From NCBI GenBank assembly GCA_951406725.2, contig OX597817.1, positions 54,498,001 to 54,562,000 of the forward strand: a DNA stretch of 64,000 nucleotides, given 5' to 3'. Position numbers and translations under genes: made by a program. Under the pieces are notes generated by a model. The model was not told the origin of the DNA. It was given only the letters and a program-made list of their open reading frames with translations, and searched no databases. Below are positions 13,105 to 28,279 of the stretch, in pieces (position 1 is the first letter of the stretch; each line of letters opens with the position of its first letter). The stretch comes from Octopus vulgaris. Lineage: Eukaryota.

Positions 13105-13313
13105 TAAAGGAGAGGTGCTGAAAAGTTCCTGGGTCTAAGGTTATTGTGAAAGGCCTGGGTTGAGGTCCAAACTTAAGTGTTCTTTTTCCAGGGTTTAGTA
13201 AAATTGAAGGCTCGCTGCCGTAAGTGTGTGAATCTGAGAGGGGAATATGCTGAATAAAATCATAATTAACCAGTCCTTTACTCACAGCCAGGAATTTTTC
13301 AGCACATCCTGGT
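13105..13313. mobile_element. Mariner-type MITE
   Basis: TIRs GGTGCTGAAAAGTTCCTGG / CCAGGAATTTTTCAGCAC. Confidence 0.8.
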
Positions 13314-13396
13314 GTGTGTATGTGTGTGCTTACACACACACACACACACACACACATACACACACACACGTACACACACACACATACACACAGACA

Positions 13397-13618
13397 TGCA
13401 AAGGGGTGCTGAAAAGTTTCTTGCTTTAAGAGTGTTGGAAAATGCCTGGCTGGAAGTCCAATCTTCCCAGGATCTTACAAGGGTTACAAAAACTGAAGGA
13501 CCGCTGCAATAAATGTGTGAATCTGAGAGGAGATTATGTTGAAAAAAATCATAACACACTTATATTCTGCTGAATTTTCTTTTACTCAGAGTCAGGAACA
13601 TTTCAGCACCAACACGTA
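13397..13618. mobile_element. Mariner-type MITE, same family
   Basis: TIRs GGGGTGCTGAAAAGTTTC / GGAACATTTCAGCACC; shared internal TGTGTGAATCTGAGAGG. Confidence 0.8.
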
Positions 13619-14014
13619 TATGTCGCCAAGGGATCGAAGGAACGAATGTGCTTCACAAGCCATTTTCTCATAACGCCCGTTTCGCAGATTCTGTGGCGTA
13701 TATAATCACGCACGCCCTAGGCAGGACACCGATCGGTTGCACGATTTGAGAAACGTGAAGTAAGGTGACCTGCTCAAGAACACAATGCATTGCCAAGTCT
13801 AGGAATAGAAATCAGAATCTTACGATCTTATATTAAACTAAATCTAAACCGCGCACCTCTGCATGCGTGCTTATACATACATACATACATACATACATAC
13901 ATACATACATACATACATACATACATACATACATAATGCATACATACATACATACATACATACATACATACATACATACATAATGCATACATACATACAT
14001 ACATACATGCATAT

Positions 14015-14059
<45 letters not shown>

Positions 14060-14247
14060 TATGCATGCATACGTACAAATATATATATATATATATATAT
14101 TCTAACAAAACTCTGAGTAACAGTGGTATTTCTACTGCTTTTAAATAAAGCGTATTACTCTACCTCTGGTATTGAAGTACTCTTTTTTCCACCTTGTTTC
14201 ACATTTACGTGCTTCCTCCAGTATACATATATATATATGTGTGTGTG

Positions 14248-14288
<41 letters not shown>

Positions 14289-14594
14289 ATGTATGCATTT
14301 ATGTATGTAGGTATAACTTTTACAGTATGACAATGCGAAACTGCAAGCTCAAACATTTCCTTGACCCAAGGAAATTTATTTGTGATAATTTTGCTAAAAT
14401 GCATTTTAAGTGATTTCCAATGTATCACTGTACTTAGACATACATACAAACGTATAAACATGCATACAAACACACACACACACATACATACATACATACA
14501 TACATACATACATACATACATACATACATACATAGGCTAAATACTTACATACAAGCATACATATAGAATACACACATACACACCCGCACAAACG

Positions 14595-14650
<56 letters not shown>

Positions 14651-14653
<3 letters not shown>

Positions 14654-14950
14654 GTCCACACCTCTTCAATGCCCTGTCACGAAAAGGAAGAAATCTGCAT
14701 AAAGTGTAAGTAGATGTCTTCAAACGGGAATTAGACATCCTCGTCTCTGTAATACCGGATGAACCAACAACCCAACACGAGTTGCAGACGAGGGATGCGG
14801 AATCAAACTCCCTTATACACCAAATGAACCAATAGCCTGGACAAAGCCACATACAGGAGTGGAAATAAGAAACGCCCCACACTGAGGAAATCAGAAAAAC
14901 CATGGAGGTGCTCCAGCATGACCGCAACCGCATGGCTAAAGCTAGTAAAA
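14651..14950 (+). mobile_element. CR1-group LINE 3' fragment
   Basis: GP(H)LFNALS..IPDEPTT and GGTGCTCCAGCATGACCGC tail, homologous to 60625-60890. Confidence 0.75.
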
Positions 14951-15000
14951 AAATTAAAGAATATGTGTATATTTGTATATATATATATATGTATCTATGT

Positions 15001-15041
<41 letters not shown>

Positions 15042-15049
15042 CTATGATG

Positions 15050-15099
<50 letters not shown>

Positions 15100-15612
15100 C
15101 TATATTTTCATATACGCACTTACATACACCCACACAGAGACACACACTGACACGCCCCTCTCCCCCTCACAGAAAATCAGCCACCAGTGATAGATACATA
15201 TTACTAGTCTGTCTGAAAGTAAGCTTGGCTTGGTTGAGTGTAGTTGGTCTCGCGGCCATAAGGTACTCGGATCAATAGCACTCCTTGCCAAGTTGGTCTC
15301 AGATCGACCCAAATCTTTCGACGAAAATTATTTAGAAAAATTATTTAGAAACGTGACGGCTGGAGTGTGCGTTATTCAAGGCTCCAGTGCCAGCACAAAT
15401 CTTGCATCTGGACGAGTCTGAATGATATGTTCTATGTGTTGGGGTTGCATGGAATGGGGGCGGGAAAGATGTGTTGCATGGAAAGCAACAAGGGGAACGA
15501 TATTAAACATACATACATATATGTGTGTGTATATATATATATATATATATCTGTAAAAATATATATATGCATGTATATATACATACATATATATGTATAT
15601 GCATACATATAA

Positions 15613-15655
<43 letters not shown>

Positions 15656-15701
15656 TATATGAACTCATATAAAGAAGCTTGCAAACCAAATCCAAAAACG
15701 A

Positions 15702-15758
<57 letters not shown>

Positions 15759-15916
15759 TACATATATGTGTGCGTGGTCGTATAAATATATACGTTATGC
15801 AGTTATATAAATGCAAGCATGTATGTAAATATATATATATATATATACATACATATATCTATCTATCCATCTATCTCTATATATATATACACACATACAT
15901 ATATATATATACACAT

Positions 15917-15947
<31 letters not shown>

Positions 15948-16009
15948 CATATATATATACATATATCTATCTATCTATATATATATATGTAAAGGCATAT
16001 ATATATACT

Positions 16010-16078
<69 letters not shown>

Positions 16079-16103
16079 ATACATATATATATATATATAT
16101 ATA

Positions 16104-16140
<37 letters not shown>

Positions 16141-16319
16141 ACATACATATAAATGCGTACATACATATTCATACAACTCACATATAGTTATGTTTGTGTG
16201 CGTGTATATATTTCAATATATATTTTTACAAAGAAATTATTGTGTAGCTGTGCGTTTTATGTATGTATGTATGTATCTTTGTATGTATGTGTGAGAATGC
16301 GTATGTGTGTATGTATTTA

Positions 16320-16435
16320 TCTGTCTATCAATTTATCTCTATCTCTCTCTCTATCTCTCTCTCTATCTATCTACCTACCTACCTACCTACCTACCTACCT
16401 ACCTACCTACCTACCTACCTATCTATCTATCTATC

Positions 16436-16482
<47 letters not shown>

Positions 16483-16790
16483 ATGTGCCTCTCTGTGTGC
16501 TGTTCTCTCCATCTCTATATTTCCAGATCTTTATCGATGACTCGATTAATTACATCGATCTTACTCCGTCTCTAACTCTCTTTATCTTCTTCTTCTCTAC
16601 CTTTCTCTCACTATGTCTCTCCCTCTCCCTCCCTCTCTCCCCTCCCCCTCTCTCTGTTTCTATCTATCTTACTTAATTCTTTCTAATTCATAATTAACAC
16701 GCAGTCAAACACAATATTCACCAAATATAATCCCCCTCTCCCTTCCTATCTCTCTCTCTTTCTCCGTCTCCTTTACTCTCTGTCTACTTC

Positions 16791-16823
<33 letters not shown>

Positions 16824-17031
16824 CTTTTTATCTGTACCGCCCTATTCTGTCAATATCCACGGTAGGCGTTTCACCCGACTGCCACCCGTTTGCCATCCGA
16901 TACCCACCCGATTGTCTCATTACTAACAATTACGTTGGCTAATCATACAGATGCTAATCACAGCTATTTCAACCAACGCCATGCTACTTAGATGCATTTG
17001 TCGTCCACAATTCTCAATTTAATATTCATTG

Positions 17032-17118
<87 letters not shown>

Positions 17119-17787
17119 CTCTCTCTCTCTCACTCTCTCACTCTCTCTTTCAGTCTCTCACCCTCTCTCTTTCAGTCTCTCTCTCTCTCTCTCTATCACT
17201 CTCTGTCTGTCTCTCACTTTCTCAGTCCCATTCTATCTCTTCCTGTCTTTTATTCTCTCTCTCATGCTCTCTTTCTCTCTATTCCTTTCTCTCTCTTTCT
17301 CAGTCCTTCTCTGTCTCTTTCTTTCTCACTCTCATTCTTCCTTTCTCTCTCTCTCTCTTTCTCTCTGTCCCTCTGCGTATCTCTCCTTCTTTCTCTGTCA
17401 TGCGTCTGTCTGTGTCTTTCTGTTTCTTTCTCTAATTTGTCTTTCTTTCTTTTTTTTCCTCTCTATGTCTCTCTTTCTCTCTCTCTCTCTCTTCCTCTCC
17501 CTTCATTCCTCTGTGTCTTTCTCAGTCCATCTCTTTTTGTTTTTCTTCCTCTTCCTCTGTCCCTCTGTCTCTGCCTGTATCGTTCTTGTTCTTTCTCAAG
17601 TTTCCATGTCTTTCCTTGTCCCTCTTTCTCTCTCTCTCTCCCGCGTTTCTTTCCCTCTTCCTCTATCCCCTTCTTCTCTGTCCCCACTTTCTCTCTCTCT
17701 GCCTCTCTCCTTCTTTCTCTATCCCTCTGTGTCTGTCTGTATCTTTCTCTTTCTTTCTCTCTCTAATTTCTCTGTCTTTCTTTGTCA

Positions 17788-17829
<42 letters not shown>

Positions 17830-18190
17830 TCTTTCCCTCTACCTCTTCCTCTATCCCTCTGTCTCTTTCTCAGTCCATCTCTGTCTCATTGTCTCTGTCT
17901 TTCTTTCTCTCTCTATGTTCCTCTCTATCTCTCTCTGTCCCTCTCTCTCTATGTTCCTCTCTATCTCTCTCTGTCCCTCTCTCTCTCTCTCTCTCGCCCT
18001 TCCCTGCTCCTCTGCTCCTCTGCTCAGTCTGTATGTCTCTCTCCCTTCCTCTCTCACGCCTTTCTCTGTCCTTCTATGTCTGTCTCTCTGATTAACTCTC
18101 TCTCTTTCTGTCTGTCTTCCTCTCTGTCTCTCTCTGTCTCTCTCTATCTCTCTATGTCCATCTCTGTCTCTCTACTTCTCTCTCGTTTTA
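16320..18190. repeat. Long CT-rich polypyrimidine low-complexity tract
   Basis: (CT)n, (CTAC)n, (CTGT)n and degenerate CT runs with short unique islands. Confidence 0.95.
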
Positions 18191-18416
18191 TACATCTCCG
18201 GATGTTTTTTTCTATTTGTATATCTTCATGTTTTCAGTGAATGCGTATGTGTATATATGTGTGTATGTAACTCTATTTCCTAGTATGTCTCTCTCACACA
18301 CCCCTATCAGTGTTACATACATACACACACACAAACAAACAGAGACAAACGCCTACCTAAATTCACAAAGCATATATGATACATAAATACATACATGCAG
18401 GCATACTTCTATAAAC

Positions 18417-18473
<57 letters not shown>

Positions 18474-19394
18474 TGTACACACCACATACTCACATACAGG
18501 CACACAAGCACTCACACATGCACGCACACATGCATACATACATCGCAAGTGTACATGAACTATTTTAAGACACATAGTATAGAGATAAACTAATATACAC
18601 ATATACACATATAAACAAACATACACACATATGTAAATATATATACATATATATATATATACACATACCTGTACATACACACATACACACATATATATAT
18701 ATATATTTATATATATATATATATATACAGGCACAGACATATATATATATGTATACATATGTACATATACATATATATATATATATATATACATACGTAT
18801 ACATATATATCTATACACATATATACACATATATACGTATATATCTAAAATAATGTATACACATGTAATACATATATATAATTATTTATATATCCATTAT
18901 TTATTATATTTGTAATATACATACCTATCTATATATCTATCTATCCATACGTGAATGTGTTTGTGTGTATCATATATCTATAAACATACCTATGTATATA
19001 TATATATATATATATGTATAAATATAAATATACCTATATAAAGATATGCATATATACATATATATATTTATACACACACTCACACACTCACACACAAACA
19101 CACTCACACAAACACACAAATTCACTCACACATACACTCACTCACACACACACGCACACACACACAGACACACGCACCGGCATATCTAATACACTATGTC
19201 AAATTTTGTTATTACCTCTCCACACTTATCTCCCATTTCTCCATCTTAATCTCTTCATCTCTTACTCTATCTCTCTCACCCTAGAACATTTTCCAGCCTC
19301 TCTCTTCAGACCTACATATGTTTCCGTTAATATCTTACAATACCATCCTCATATTTCTTTTAGTTATTCTTATGTTCTTTAAGCTCTCAATTTC

Positions 19395-19515
<121 letters not shown>

Positions 19516-19591
19516 GTATCTATATATCTGTGTATCTGTGTGTCTGTCTGTCAGTTTGTATGTCTATTAATCTATGAATTTGCATGCGTAA

Positions 19592-19633
<42 letters not shown>

Positions 19634-19639
19634 TTTTAT

Positions 19640-19845
19640 TCTTTTATTCTTCTATTTGTTTCAATGTTTTGACTGCTTCCCTGCTGGAGCACCGCCTTTA
19701 GTCGAACAAATCGACCCCGGGACTTATTCTTGGTAAGCCCAGTACTTATTCTATCGGTCACTTTTTGTCGAACCGCTAATGTTACAGCGACGTAAACACA
19801 CCAGCATCAATTGGCAAGCGATGGCAGAGGGAAAAACACACACAA

Positions 19846-19938
<93 letters not shown>

Positions 19939-20051
19939 CCAAATCCACCCACAAGGCTTTTGTCGGCACAAGGCTATAGTAAAAGACACTTGCCCAAGGT
20001 GCCACGCAGAGGGACTGAACCAGGAACCATGTGTTTGATAAGCAAGCTACT

Positions 20052-20053
<2 letters not shown>
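19640..20053 (-). mobile_element. SINE family A with internal microsatellite
   Basis: Reverse-complement tail 19640-19840 and head 19938-20053. Confidence 0.85.
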
Positions 20054-20114
<61 letters not shown>

Positions 20115-20269
20115 ATATGTATATATATATGTATGATTGTAAATATACTGTTTTATACGTTTTAGCCTAATGGTTGCCGTCTTGTTAGGGCACCGCTAGT
20201 ATAGTCAAAATTAAAATGGACATTGGTCTGTGATTGGCTTTTGGTGAAGGAGTGGGTTCGATATTGCTG

Positions 20270-20735
20270 CCGTCTTTTGTGTTTCTTGCCTTGATGTAGG
20301 TTTACCCGAGATCTTGGACAGCACGATGTCAAGTCATTTCTTAAAGAATCTATTCATGCAGATCTCTTAAATTTTTGACATGGTTTTGGCAAGAATTTTG
20401 GCAAGTTGTTTTGGCAAGTTGGCTATGTGCCGTTAAATCCTATGCAATTGCACTACCTGGTCCTCACTCAGGACGGGAGAGGTTGGACCTTCGGATCAGT
20501 GCAGTGACGTTTAGTTTGGGGACTGTTATAACTCCCGATGCCACTGTTTGCTGACCTATCCTCTAAGATCTTCCATTTGCAAGTCATGGAATATCTCTCC
20601 CGTCTTCGCTCCAAGGAGTAGCGTTGTAATTCTTTCAGTCTCTCCCAATAGCTCAGCCATTCCACTGATGTAGTCTTCCCAATGTAGCACCGCTGAGCTG
20701 CCTCAAGTTTCGCTGTTAATTTGACAGAAAATACA
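20270..20735 (-). mobile_element. Old CR1-group LINE 3' fragment
   Basis: KLEAAQR..SYWERLKELQRYSLERRRERY..WKILE, matching ORF 60392-60670. Confidence 0.85.
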
Positions 20736-21627
20736 TATTCGCATGAGTTCATTGTGTTTTGTTTAAGAAACTAGCATTCCTGATTCAACATTGTCTTTCT
20801 CGATTTTCGTACACTACTTATCCCGATGAATGTATGTCTCTTTTATTTTTTAATTACTATAAATTTTCCACTGAAGAGTGAGCCGGTTTCCAACAAAAAT
20901 ACAAGGCTCCATCTTATGTTACTGCGGGTTCTGTGATCGTTTGTGATATAAGTGCCACAATGTAAATTTTGTCCATTAAATTTAAACGCTCTCACCCAGT
21001 CTACGTGTTTCCTTAGCACTGTGCTGTGCAATGGCCATGGCTTTTATAATGTATCATTTCTTTTCGGGAGGAATTCTGAAGAATTTAGGCAGTTTGTTCA
21101 GTAAAACTTTACCATCTTGTCCCATTTTAATGTGTTGTGAGGTGTAGTTCAGTGTAATTATATCTTGTTGCAAGTGGATGGTGATCTGCGTAAGCTGATG
21201 TACTTTCATGTCCGAAATTATAGTTGGAGTCGTGAAGTTTGCAACTACAAAAAAAATGCGATTTATAATGGAAGGATATTTCATATCATAGCCTAATGCT
21301 AAAATATAAAAACAGAAAAACGACAATATATATTTAGAAACAAAATATATGATTTATGACGTGAAAAAGAAACTGTCAAAATTCCAATTACTAATCCCTT
21401 TGGCCGTGAAGACAATGGTGAAGCAACGACACAGGCCAATAACCCTTCAACCTGAAAGGATAACCTGATGATTGAAATACAGACTTTACTACTCCAATGA
21501 AATACAATAAAGAAAAAAAAACTTATTAAAAATGCTAGAAAAAGAAACTTTGATAAAACTCTCGTTTCGCAATATATTAATATTTGTAATAAAATGCACA
21601 CATATACACACGCACAGTCACATAGAG

Positions 21628-21676
<49 letters not shown>

Positions 21677-21993
21677 TTTATACATTTACTAGGGTATTTA
21701 TATGCTTTTCTCTATATCTCTGTATGCCTACAGTCGCACACGTACAAAAGTATAATGACAGTCAGAATGGACATAATTTGCAACAGATTTCTATATACTA
21801 GACATCTTTGAAAATCTAATATGAAACCGGTAAAGTGTATTCGTATATCTTAAAATATAATCAAATTCTGGTTAATTCTAATTAATTAAAATAATTTCTC
21901 TGCAGATTTTGAACTTCATTTCTACTCTTCCTCTTGTTAGGATTAACCAAAATATTCATATATATAAACATACATACACGCATACATACATAA

Positions 21994-22064
<71 letters not shown>

Positions 22065-22254
22065 TGTATATATATATACCTATATATATATATATGTTTA
22101 TATATAACTATATGTTTTTTATATATAATATATCTAGAGAGAGAGAGAGAGAGACAGAGAAAGGAGATAGAGGTAGTACTTAAATACACACACATATAAC
22201 TATATATATATATATATATATGCACATATATATATGTGCATGCGTATATATATG

Positions 22255-22317
<63 letters not shown>

Positions 22318-23009
22318 GTAAATACATATATGTAATTATATATATATATATAATATACGAATATAAGAATGAACTCACACATATTTTTTCTCCGTGTGTT
22401 TGTGGAATACATTTATATTTGCGACAGTCTGTATATTTTCCATTTATAGAAATCTATATACCGTAGGACAATATATTAGAAATAAACAACAAACCCGCTC
22501 ACTTGAACACACTCACGTATACGCACTCACAGTCAGAGGCACACTCGCAGAGAAAACAACAGACGGCGTATACACAATAGAATACCACCACACACACAAA
22601 CATACAAACACACAGAGTACGCAGTCATGTTGTGCCTAAATATACAACAACATCAGTTTTAGAAACTACAGTGAAACAAACAAACTGCGCTTTGTTCTCT
22701 GTTTAATTCTTCAGACTGAGAAATGGAATTGGATTAAGACAATCATAAGCTGCCTCCACTTTCATCTGTAAATCTGAGACACATTCAGATGTATGTGTGC
22801 ATGTATGTATGTTTGTATGTATGTATGCATGAGTGTGTGTATATATGTATGTATGTATGCATAAGTGTGTGTATATATGTATGTATGTATGTATGCATGA
22901 GTGTGTGTATATATGTATGTATGTATGCATGAGTGTGTGTATATATTTAGGTATGATATGTATGTGTGTATATATGTGTGCATGTATGAATATGTGTATT
23001 GATGATGTA

Positions 23010-23053
<44 letters not shown>

Positions 23054-23239
23054 TTTATCTATCGATTGACATGTAAATATGTATGAGTATGTATGTATAT
23101 ATATAGATGTGTGTGTGAGTGTGTGTTTTTGTATTTATATATATATATATACATACACATATAAAATGCATAGGTATAAGTAATTATATGTGCGCGTGCG
23201 TGTACATATATAGTCACACACATACATTTACGCGTATAT

Positions 23240-24420
23240 GTTTGTCAGCTGTGTGGACGGGAAATTTTCTCCGAATAGGTTTATAATATCATTTCAGTGT
23301 TTAACAATAAGTTGTTTATCCATTTTACGTGGTAAAAACAAGTATATGATTGGCCGTATTATAGCGATGCTACGTTTGATAGTCAGAATAACAGCACCTG
23401 GTCAAACATACACAACTAATATCATGTCCAGTGTAGTTTGGATTTGTCGACGAGTGTACTTGTGCTTTCAGGTTTGGCTTTTAAAACTTCTTTCGTTCAT
23501 CCCCATGTCTGCAAGTTTATTTCTCTCCCTATTTAAGGTCAGCCTAGCATCTGATATTACTGGTTTTAGCATGACCCTAAATGAAAATACCGTAGGGATG
23601 TTCTTTGGCTTATGGTATTTTGGTTATTGGCATCTTCCCGATTTCTGTTTTAAAGATGGCACTTACTGCATTTGAAATATTCGGTGTAAAATAGGTTATT
23701 GTGAGTGAAATGTGTTAGATAATTTTCTATATGTATGAACTGGTGGGAAATGCTTCTTTACAAGCTGTATGAATATTTTGTTTATTGTCGTCAGTGCATT
23801 GAAGAATTAAAACATAAATAAATATTCTTTTATAATTCCTGCTTGCAGATTTAATTTGTCTTTGTATTCAGTTGATTCTTTGTAGTCACTAGCTTCTAGT
23901 GCATTGTTTTGATAGATATCTCGTTAGAATATTTTAATGAATTCTGTCTTCTAAAATTGTTAGGTACACTTTTGAGAATACTTGACGGATGATTTGACGT
24001 ATAACTTAAGTACAGTATGATTTCTTTAAGCTTCGAATATGATATAAATTAAAGTTATGCGCATAGGAAATCATTAGATTTGTATTTAACTTAAATCGAA
24101 ACAGATTTGAATCGATTCTCCAGCTACTTTCTTCCTTATTTACTAACCATCGTCTCTGTAAGTTCCACCATGTAGTGACTTAAGTTTATTTTGCATTAGA
24201 AAATAAAGTCAAAAATTTGAAATTTCTGCAAATTTTATAGCACCCATTCATACATCGAATACATTTGCTGTAGTTGTTTTTTATTCAAATTCTACCATCA
24301 CGAAGAATAACAGGTTTTCAAGTATGCATATTCGAAAGGTTTGTATGAAATTTTGTGAAACGGAAGGTGTTCAGTAAAAATTACTTTGTTGTAGATATGC
24401 ACAATTTAGAGAGTAAAGGA
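23240..24420 (-). pseudogene. Decayed Penelope-like reverse transcriptase (RT core and thumb)
   Basis: Hand-translated fragments FDV*MGA..AEI, GTYRDDG, SNHPSSILKSVP, LVKKHFPP..YRKL. Confidence 0.7.
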
Positions 24421-24829
24421 GGGAGAGGGAGAAAGAGAGAGCGAGAGAGGGTGAATATCCTCCTTCAGGGAAGAGAATCGCTCCAGGATTTGTATCATTG
24501 TATTTTCCTTATGTAATTATAACGCTTTCACGTGATTTGTGGAAAGGAAAAAGACGAGAAAAAAAGAGGATAAGGTGAGAGAGAAAGCGAGAGAAAGAAA
24601 AGAGGGAGAAAAAAGGAGAAAAAGGGTGAGAGAAGCGTCCATGACGTGAGGTAAGGGGAACGTAATATTTATTTCGTGGTTATAGAAGTTAGTTGATGAT
24701 AGTGATGATATGGAGGAAGATAATTAAAAATATAATATTAGCGGAGGGGTGATGTTCTGATTGTGAGGCAAAAGAAAGGCAGAGGGGGGAGAGAGAGAAG
24801 GGAGAGAGAGAGAAAACAGCACTACTTTA

Positions 24830-25070
24830 TTGTCTTCACTTCTTCCCAGCTCTCCTGTGTGACTCCTCTGTCCGGCATTCGCCATGATAGATCGCTAGCC
24901 ACCAAACCTTTTCTATTTTCTAAACCTGTTTATTTCTGTGTTCCTTTTTGCCGAAGAGCGTAGGCTCGAAACGTACAGGATTTTCTCACTTCTCGAGCGT
25001 TAAACTGATACATCTTTTGTTGTTTACACACTCGTCGTCGTCTTTTGTTTTTGGTAAATTCTACCTATCT
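24830..25070 (+). mobile_element. Short element with hammerhead-like motif at 24943-24980
   Basis: TTGCCGAA-GAGCgtagGCTC-GAAACGTA; non-canonical 5' core; 3' part homologous to 47018-47090. Confidence 0.55.
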
Positions 25071-25104
25071 ATCTATCTACATATGATATACATACATACA
25101 CACA

Positions 25105-25182
<78 letters not shown>

Positions 25183-25257
25183 TTATCTTTCACTATCAAT
25201 TGAATTACTTAATAGAGGTTATTTCTCTTAATTATACACACACATATATATACATAC

Positions 25258-25318
<61 letters not shown>

Positions 25319-25334
25319 TTCTTTTATTTTTCTA

Positions 25335-25535
25335 TTCCCTTACTTGTTTCAGTCATTTGACGCTGGCCATGCTGGAGGGCCATCTTGAGGGTCTTTAACT
25401 GAACAAATCGACCCAGGAACTTTTTTTAAGAGTACTACTTAATTTATCATTTTCTTTTGCTGAATCGCTGAGTTACGAAGACTTAAACACACCTACACCT
25501 GTTGCCAAGCGTTTATGGGGGACAAACGCAAACAC
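25335..25535 (-). mobile_element. SINE family A 3' half, diverged
   Basis: CTTGTTTCAGTCATTTGAC..GGCCATGCTGGAG reverse-complement tail. Confidence 0.75.
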
Positions 25536-25651
25536 ACCCACATCCACCCACACACATACTCATATATATATATATAAACTTACTGCTAACAAAAGCCAGG
25601 ATACGTGGCGTTCAGTTAATAAATGTGTGCACATATATGTGTGTGTGTGTG

Positions 25652-25696
<45 letters not shown>

Positions 25697-25779
25697 TTAT
25701 GTATGTATGTATGTATGTATGTATGTATGTATGTATGTATGTATGTATGTATATATATTAAATAGAATGACTTGCTTTG

Positions 25780-26402
25780 ATTCTGTGGAATATATTCCAA
25801 TTGCTTTAGCCAACACCCCAAGTTACGTCGGTTGTAAGCACTTCGTCTGAACAACGTGTGACGAAGATGGGGCACAGCTGGATGCAAGTTTTGAGTGTTG
25901 CATATTTCAAATAATGAATAACTCAATCATCTTTACGTTTTTCTGCCTGCTTGGTTTATAGATGAATGAAGAGATATTAATTTTGCGATGACGAGTCTAG
26001 GAATAGGGTGGTGATCGTTTAAACTACAAATTGGATTATAGAATAGAATATTCGTTGGTCTGTTTCCACTTTGAGAATAGATTTAAGAGTTATTTAATAT
26101 AGTTTCCTTTGAAACTGCTATCACGAACCAGTAGTTCTTTTGACACTTTGCTCTCAGGGATCAAATCCCGCAGAGGACAATTTTGCCTTTTATTCTTTCA
26201 AAGTCGATAAATGTAAGTAATAATTTTGGGTAGTGGTTTCTTTGAATCGTAACAATATCAGTGATTATGTTATTCAGTATTTGAAATCTTCAAGACTTGG
26301 AACTTGCATACAGCTGTGCCCCATCTTCGTCACACATGCTACAGATGAATTGTTTGGAATCGTCGAAACCTACAGTGTTAGCTAAAACATATTCTACAGA
26401 AT
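25780..26402. mobile_element. Probable non-autonomous DNA transposon with ~135-bp diverged inverted repeats
   Basis: 25780-25922 versus 26269-26402, e.g. GTGTGACGAAGATGGGGCACAGCTG / CAGCTGTGCCCCATCTTCGTCACAC. Confidence 0.7.
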
Positions 26403-26463
26403 TTATCTATATGTTGCAGAATTTGTTGCGGCTCTTTACGTTTCGGTGTCACATTCTGTTTAC

Positions 26464-26721
26464 GTGTTTAAAACGCACACTTGTCATTCCGCGATTCGAG
26501 CATGATGAATCCTCAAAGCAAATACCATCAACGAAAAGATAGTACTGAGTCAAGTTGAAACTATGAGGTACTTTTCCAGTGAGCACGGTATGTACTCTGG
26601 TGAACATCACCTGTAATTCTTCAACGTATTTCTTTGAATGATTGAACGAACTATTTTCCAAATCTACTTCGTTTCCATTATTATGGTTTCCTAAAAGACC
26701 ATCGATTGTGAATGAACCTCC
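26464..26721 (-). CDS. Candidate coding exon of an unknown gene (3' boundary uncertain; alternative at 26611)
   Basis: Acceptor ttccttgtcttgcag|G, phase 0, 86 open codons [16 protein letters not shown]...RFKH. Confidence 0.35.
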
Positions 26722-27022
26722 CTGCAAGACAAGGAATCTTTCATGTAATTTATTTTATCCTTATCATTCTTTCTTGAAACAAATCTTACTCGGTTATCTC
26801 GTATTCATTCGTTATTTGCTGTCAGGTGAATCTTTTTGCTGTTATATTCGAATATTTTTACTGGATGTATGTTATGTACCAAATGTTATAAATTCCTTTC
26901 ATAATCGTCTGCAGAAAATCCGAGAAACCATTTTTAAAGACGAGCTTCCAATTTATTGTACGATTCCGCTCTCACGACTTACGTTTTTCACCCTGTTTAC
27001 CTTTAAGTCCTTTATATGTTTA

Positions 27023-27425
27023 TACCTACCTACTCACCTACCTACCTACCTACCTACCTACCTACCTACCTACCTACCTACCTACCTACCTACCTACCTA
27101 CCTATCTACCTACCTACCTACCTACCTACCGACCTACCTATCTATTTACCTACTTACCTACCTACTTACCTACCAACTCACCTACCTACCTATCTAGCTA
27201 CCTATCTGCATATCCACCTACCTATCTATTTACCTACCTACCTACCTACTTACCCACCTACCCACCTACCCACCTACCTACCTACCTACCTACCTACCTA
27301 CCTACCTACCTACCTACCTACCTACCTACCTACCTACCCACCTACCTACCTACCTACCTACCTACCTACCTACCTACCTACCTACTTACCAATCTATCCA
27401 CCTAACCAAAACCTCTCTACCTACC
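27023..27425. repeat. (CTAC)n microsatellite
   Basis: Direct inspection; explains the PTYL repeats in ORF 26642-27631. Confidence 0.95.
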
Positions 27426-28279
27426 TACATGCCCACCTGCTTGCTTGTCTCTTTGGCCATCTGTCAGTTCGCCTATCTGCATGCATGCATGCCTCTCTGT
27501 CCGTCTGTCTGTCTGTCCGTCCGTCTGTCTGTCTGTCTATTCGTTTATCCATCTGTTTTAGCACCAATCAAATAATAAATGTTGCATTCATATGTTTATA
27601 TATATATATATATATACAGACACACATATAGATAATAAATATGTATGTATTTGAAAGGTTGGTTATAAACTATAGAACGCGTTCAAATAAAAGAGATGTC
27701 GAAAATAATATTATTTATTACATTAGATATTAGACTACACTACATGAATTTAAATATATTTTTATAACAATTTCTTTTCCTATCTTCAGTTTCAGTCTTG
27801 TTATTCATACACTGATACCCGCATATGTTTATGAGCATGGAAGTAATATAACGCATGTTTAAGAAATATAACCATACTTTATTTATAGTATTGTTATTAA
27901 TACCAAATTGACCATGATTAAATTTCGTAAGGCTTGTCATAACATTACTTAGAGATTTTGTATAAAAAATTTCTCTTTTGTTTAATTTCAGTCGATTGAA
28001 TACCGATATTATTAATCGCTGATGAGACTTCCATTAAGGACGAAACTAATCCCTTCGTTCTTTATCCCAAGTCGCCGATGCTTAAGAGGTGTGTTTCCAT
28101 GGCGTTACGTCATACATTGAGAGTATTTGGCCGTCAGTCGCAAGCGATTAAGAATTGTCTGGGAGTATCAAACTATTGCTAATTGTTTTAGGTGCTTACA
28201 GAGACGCGATAGCTGTTGCCTTCTGTATCGTGTCATTTTGAACACTTTGCGGCCTCTTGATGAGCCCGAAATGACAAAA

